This document shows, one piece after another, positions 62,170 to 64,000 of a DNA stretch of 64,000 bases (position 1 is its first letter; each line of letters opens with the position of its first letter). The notes below the pieces were generated by a model. The model was not told where the DNA came from and did no database searches. It worked only from the letters and a program-made list of their open reading frames with translations. Made by a program: the position numbers and the translations under genes. This stretch comes from Clostridia bacterium (lineage in GTDB: Bacteria; Bacillota; Clostridia; TANB77; CAG-508), in assembly GCA_017934475.1 (NCBI GenBank), contig JAGBJN010000007.1, forward strand, positions 11,776-75,775, written 5' to 3'.

Positions 62170-62300
62170 ATATTTAAGAGTTTACCTAGAATTTTATTCG
62201 AGCGGTAAAGGGTAATGAAAATTACCTACACTTAAAAGTAAGATAATTAAAAGTCTTGCAAAAGGAGTCTTAAAGAATTCTTTGCAAGGCTTTTTTGTTT
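62170..62300 (+). ncRNA. candidate structured leader/attenuator or sRNA ending in a terminator
   Basis: TTTACC/GGTAAA stem, GGTAAT-GAAA-ATTACC hairpin, terminator GTCTTGCAAA..TTTGCAAGGC-T6. Confidence 0.5.
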
Positions 62301-62343
62301 TTTTACAAAAAAAGAAATAAAAAAAGAAAGAAGGTAAATAAAA

Positions 62344-62907
62344 ATGAAGTATTTTAAAAAATTAGAAGGAGAAAAAAATTATTTATCACCAATGAATGCA
62401 GAAGATGCAGAAATGTATGTAAAATGGTTAAATGATTTTAAAACAACAGATGGAGTGGGACATAGTAAAAATTTAATTAACATAGAATCTGAAAGAGAAT
62501 GGATTGAAGATTCATTGAAAAAGGGTAATTTCAATTTTGCAATTGTAAAACTTGAAAATGATGAATTAATAGGAAACTGTGGAATAGATAGTATAGATTA
62601 TACAGATAGACATGCAACTTTAGGAATATTTATTGGAGAAGAAGAAAATAGAAGCAAAGGCTATGGAGCAGAAGCTCTTAAATTACTTTTAGATTATGGA
62701 TTTAATTATTTAAATATGCATAATATAATGCTTCAAGTAAAATCATTTAATGAAAGAGCAATAGCATGTTATAAAAAAGTTGGATTTAAAGAATTTGGAA
62801 GAAGAAGAGAAAGTTATTTCTTAAATGGAAAATACTATGATGATGTATCTATGGATATATTAGAAGATGAATTTAAAAGTGACTATATTAAAAATAAAAA
62901 TGTATAA
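62344..62907 (+). CDS. GNAT (RimJ/SpeG-like) acetyltransferase
   Basis: LGIFIGE..RSKGYG.EAL..N.RAI.CYKKVGF. Confidence 0.85.
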   Translation: MKYFKKLEGEKNYLSPMNAEDAEMYVKWLNDFKTTDGVGHSKNLINIESEREWIEDSLKKGNFNFAIVKLENDELIGNCGIDSIDYTDRHATLGIFIGEEENRSKGYGAEALKLLLDYGFNYLNMHNIMLQVKSFNERAIACYKKVGFKEFGRRRESYFLNGKYYDDVSMDILEDEFKSDYIKNKNV

Positions 62908-62932
62908 AATATATTGTATATAGGAGATAAAA

Positions 62933-63421
62933 ATGAAAAAAGTAATTGTTATAGGAAGTCCAGGAGCAGGTAAAAGTGTATTTTCTAAAAAATTAAGTAA
63001 TGTCACCAATTTGCCAATATATCATATAGATATGATATATCATAATTCTGATGGTACACATATATCAAGAGAAGAACTAAAAAAAGAATTTGAAAAGATA
63101 TTTGAAAAAGAAAATTGGATTATTGATGGTAATTATCAAAAAACTTTGGAAATGAGAATTAAAGAGTGTGATACAGTATTTTTATTAGATTTTCCAACAG
63201 AAGTATGTATTTCTGGAGCATACGAAAGAATAGGACAAGAAAGAGAAGATTTACCTTGGAAAGAAGAAAAATTAGACGAGAATTTTAAACAAGTAATTCT
63301 TAATTTTTCAAAAGAAAAATTGCCTGAAATATATGAATTACTTGAAAGATATAAAGAAAACAAAGATATTATTATTTTTAAATCTAGAAAAGAAGCGGAT
63401 GATTATATAGAAAAAATATAA
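62933..63421 (+). CDS. adenylate kinase-like / topology modulation protein
   Basis: VIGSPGAGKS, HID, WIIDGNY. Confidence 0.8.
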   Translation: MKKVIVIGSPGAGKSVFSKKLSNVTNLPIYHIDMIYHNSDGTHISREELKKEFEKIFEKENWIIDGNYQKTLEMRIKECDTVFLLDFPTEVCISGAYERIGQEREDLPWKEEKLDENFKQVILNFSKEKLPEIYELLERYKENKDIIIFKSRKEADDYIEKI

Positions 63422-63489
63422 ATCATATTTGTAAAAAGTAGAGGAAGAAAAGAAGTATGAAAAAGTGGATTTTTAGTAAAAGACTATCA

Positions 63490-63526
63490 AAAAAGATTAT
63501 TCTAGATTAATTAGAATAATCTTTTT
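63490..63526 (+). terminator. intrinsic terminator
   Basis: AAAAGATTATTCTA..TAGAATAATCTTTT. Confidence 0.7.
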
Positions 63527-63620
63527 AATTTTGTTTTTAAAACAAAATTCGAAAATTCGTATAAATTTTCCTTTTTTAGAAACAATAAAAATAAAAAGAA
63601 AATTTAAGGAGGAAATTTAT

Positions 63621-64000
63621 ATGAAAGCAACAGGAGTTGTAAGAAGAATAGATGATTTAGGACGTATTGTTATTCCAAAAGAAATAAGAAAAACACTTCG
63701 CATAAAAGAAGGAGATCCTTTAGAAATATTTACAGATAGAGAAGGGCAAGTAATACTGAAGAAGTATTCACCAATAGGAGAACTTTCTGAATTTGCAACT
63801 GAATATGCAGAAACACTTGCAAAAACAACAGGACATATAGCATGTATTACAGATAAAGATACAGTAATTGCAGTATCAGGAGGGTCAAAAAAGGAATTTC
63901 TAGAACAAAGTATTAGTAAAGATTTAGAAAGAATAATTGATGATAAAGAAGTATATATTAGTAAAGAAAATAATGATGTATCAGTTCCAATTACTCAAGC
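63621..64000 (+). CDS. spoVT: stage V sporulation protein T (runs off the window end)
   Basis: MKATGVVRRIDDLGRIVIPKEIRKTLRIKEGDPLEIF..ILKKYSPIGEL. Confidence 0.95.
   Translation, partial: MKATGVVRRIDDLGRIVIPKEIRKTLRIKEGDPLEIFTDREGQVILKKYSPIGELSEFATEYAETLAKTTGHIACITDKDTVIAVSGGSKKEFLEQSISKDLERIIDDKEVYISKENNDVSVPITQ

Noticed and set aside
62200-62240. c-di-GMP-I riboswitch-like GG(T)AAA-stem-GAAA-stem
   Set aside because: The following GACGCAAAG element and second stem are missing, so it was left as an unassigned leader.

Overview
Very AT-rich, spore-forming Clostridia-type chromosome segment (spoVT is present) with almost all genes on the + strand. From about 17.6 kb onward it is mostly housekeeping: rbgA-mrnC, tRNA-Glu, rimP-nusA-infB-rbfA-nrnA-truB, 6S RNA, HU, rsmE, yicC-remA-rpoZ-gmk, argS, priA-def-fmt, asp23-nusB-xseAB, fhs, a divergent groESL, T-box-pheST, recD2, comFC and spoVT, with single accessory genes interspersed. 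The first 17.6 kb is an accessory region of co-oriented small genes ending in a large serine recombinase whose stop codon abuts the rbgA ribosome-binding site. Main discovery: five intergenic junctions (TG at 9203, 10170, 11363, 11952, 13514). Each has an RBS plus a different short RbgA-like N-terminus (..I-N/Q-TG) that breaks off exactly at the TG of the Trp codon of RbgA's N-W-Y-P-G-H motif, followed by a conserved arm of about 76 bp. The junctions delimit 0.6-4.1 kb gene cassettes, four of which have no recombinase. This looks like an integron-like cassette array built by a serine recombinase that appears to lack the coiled coil, at the 5' end of the essential gene rbgA. All product calls come from reading motifs by eye; no database searches were run.
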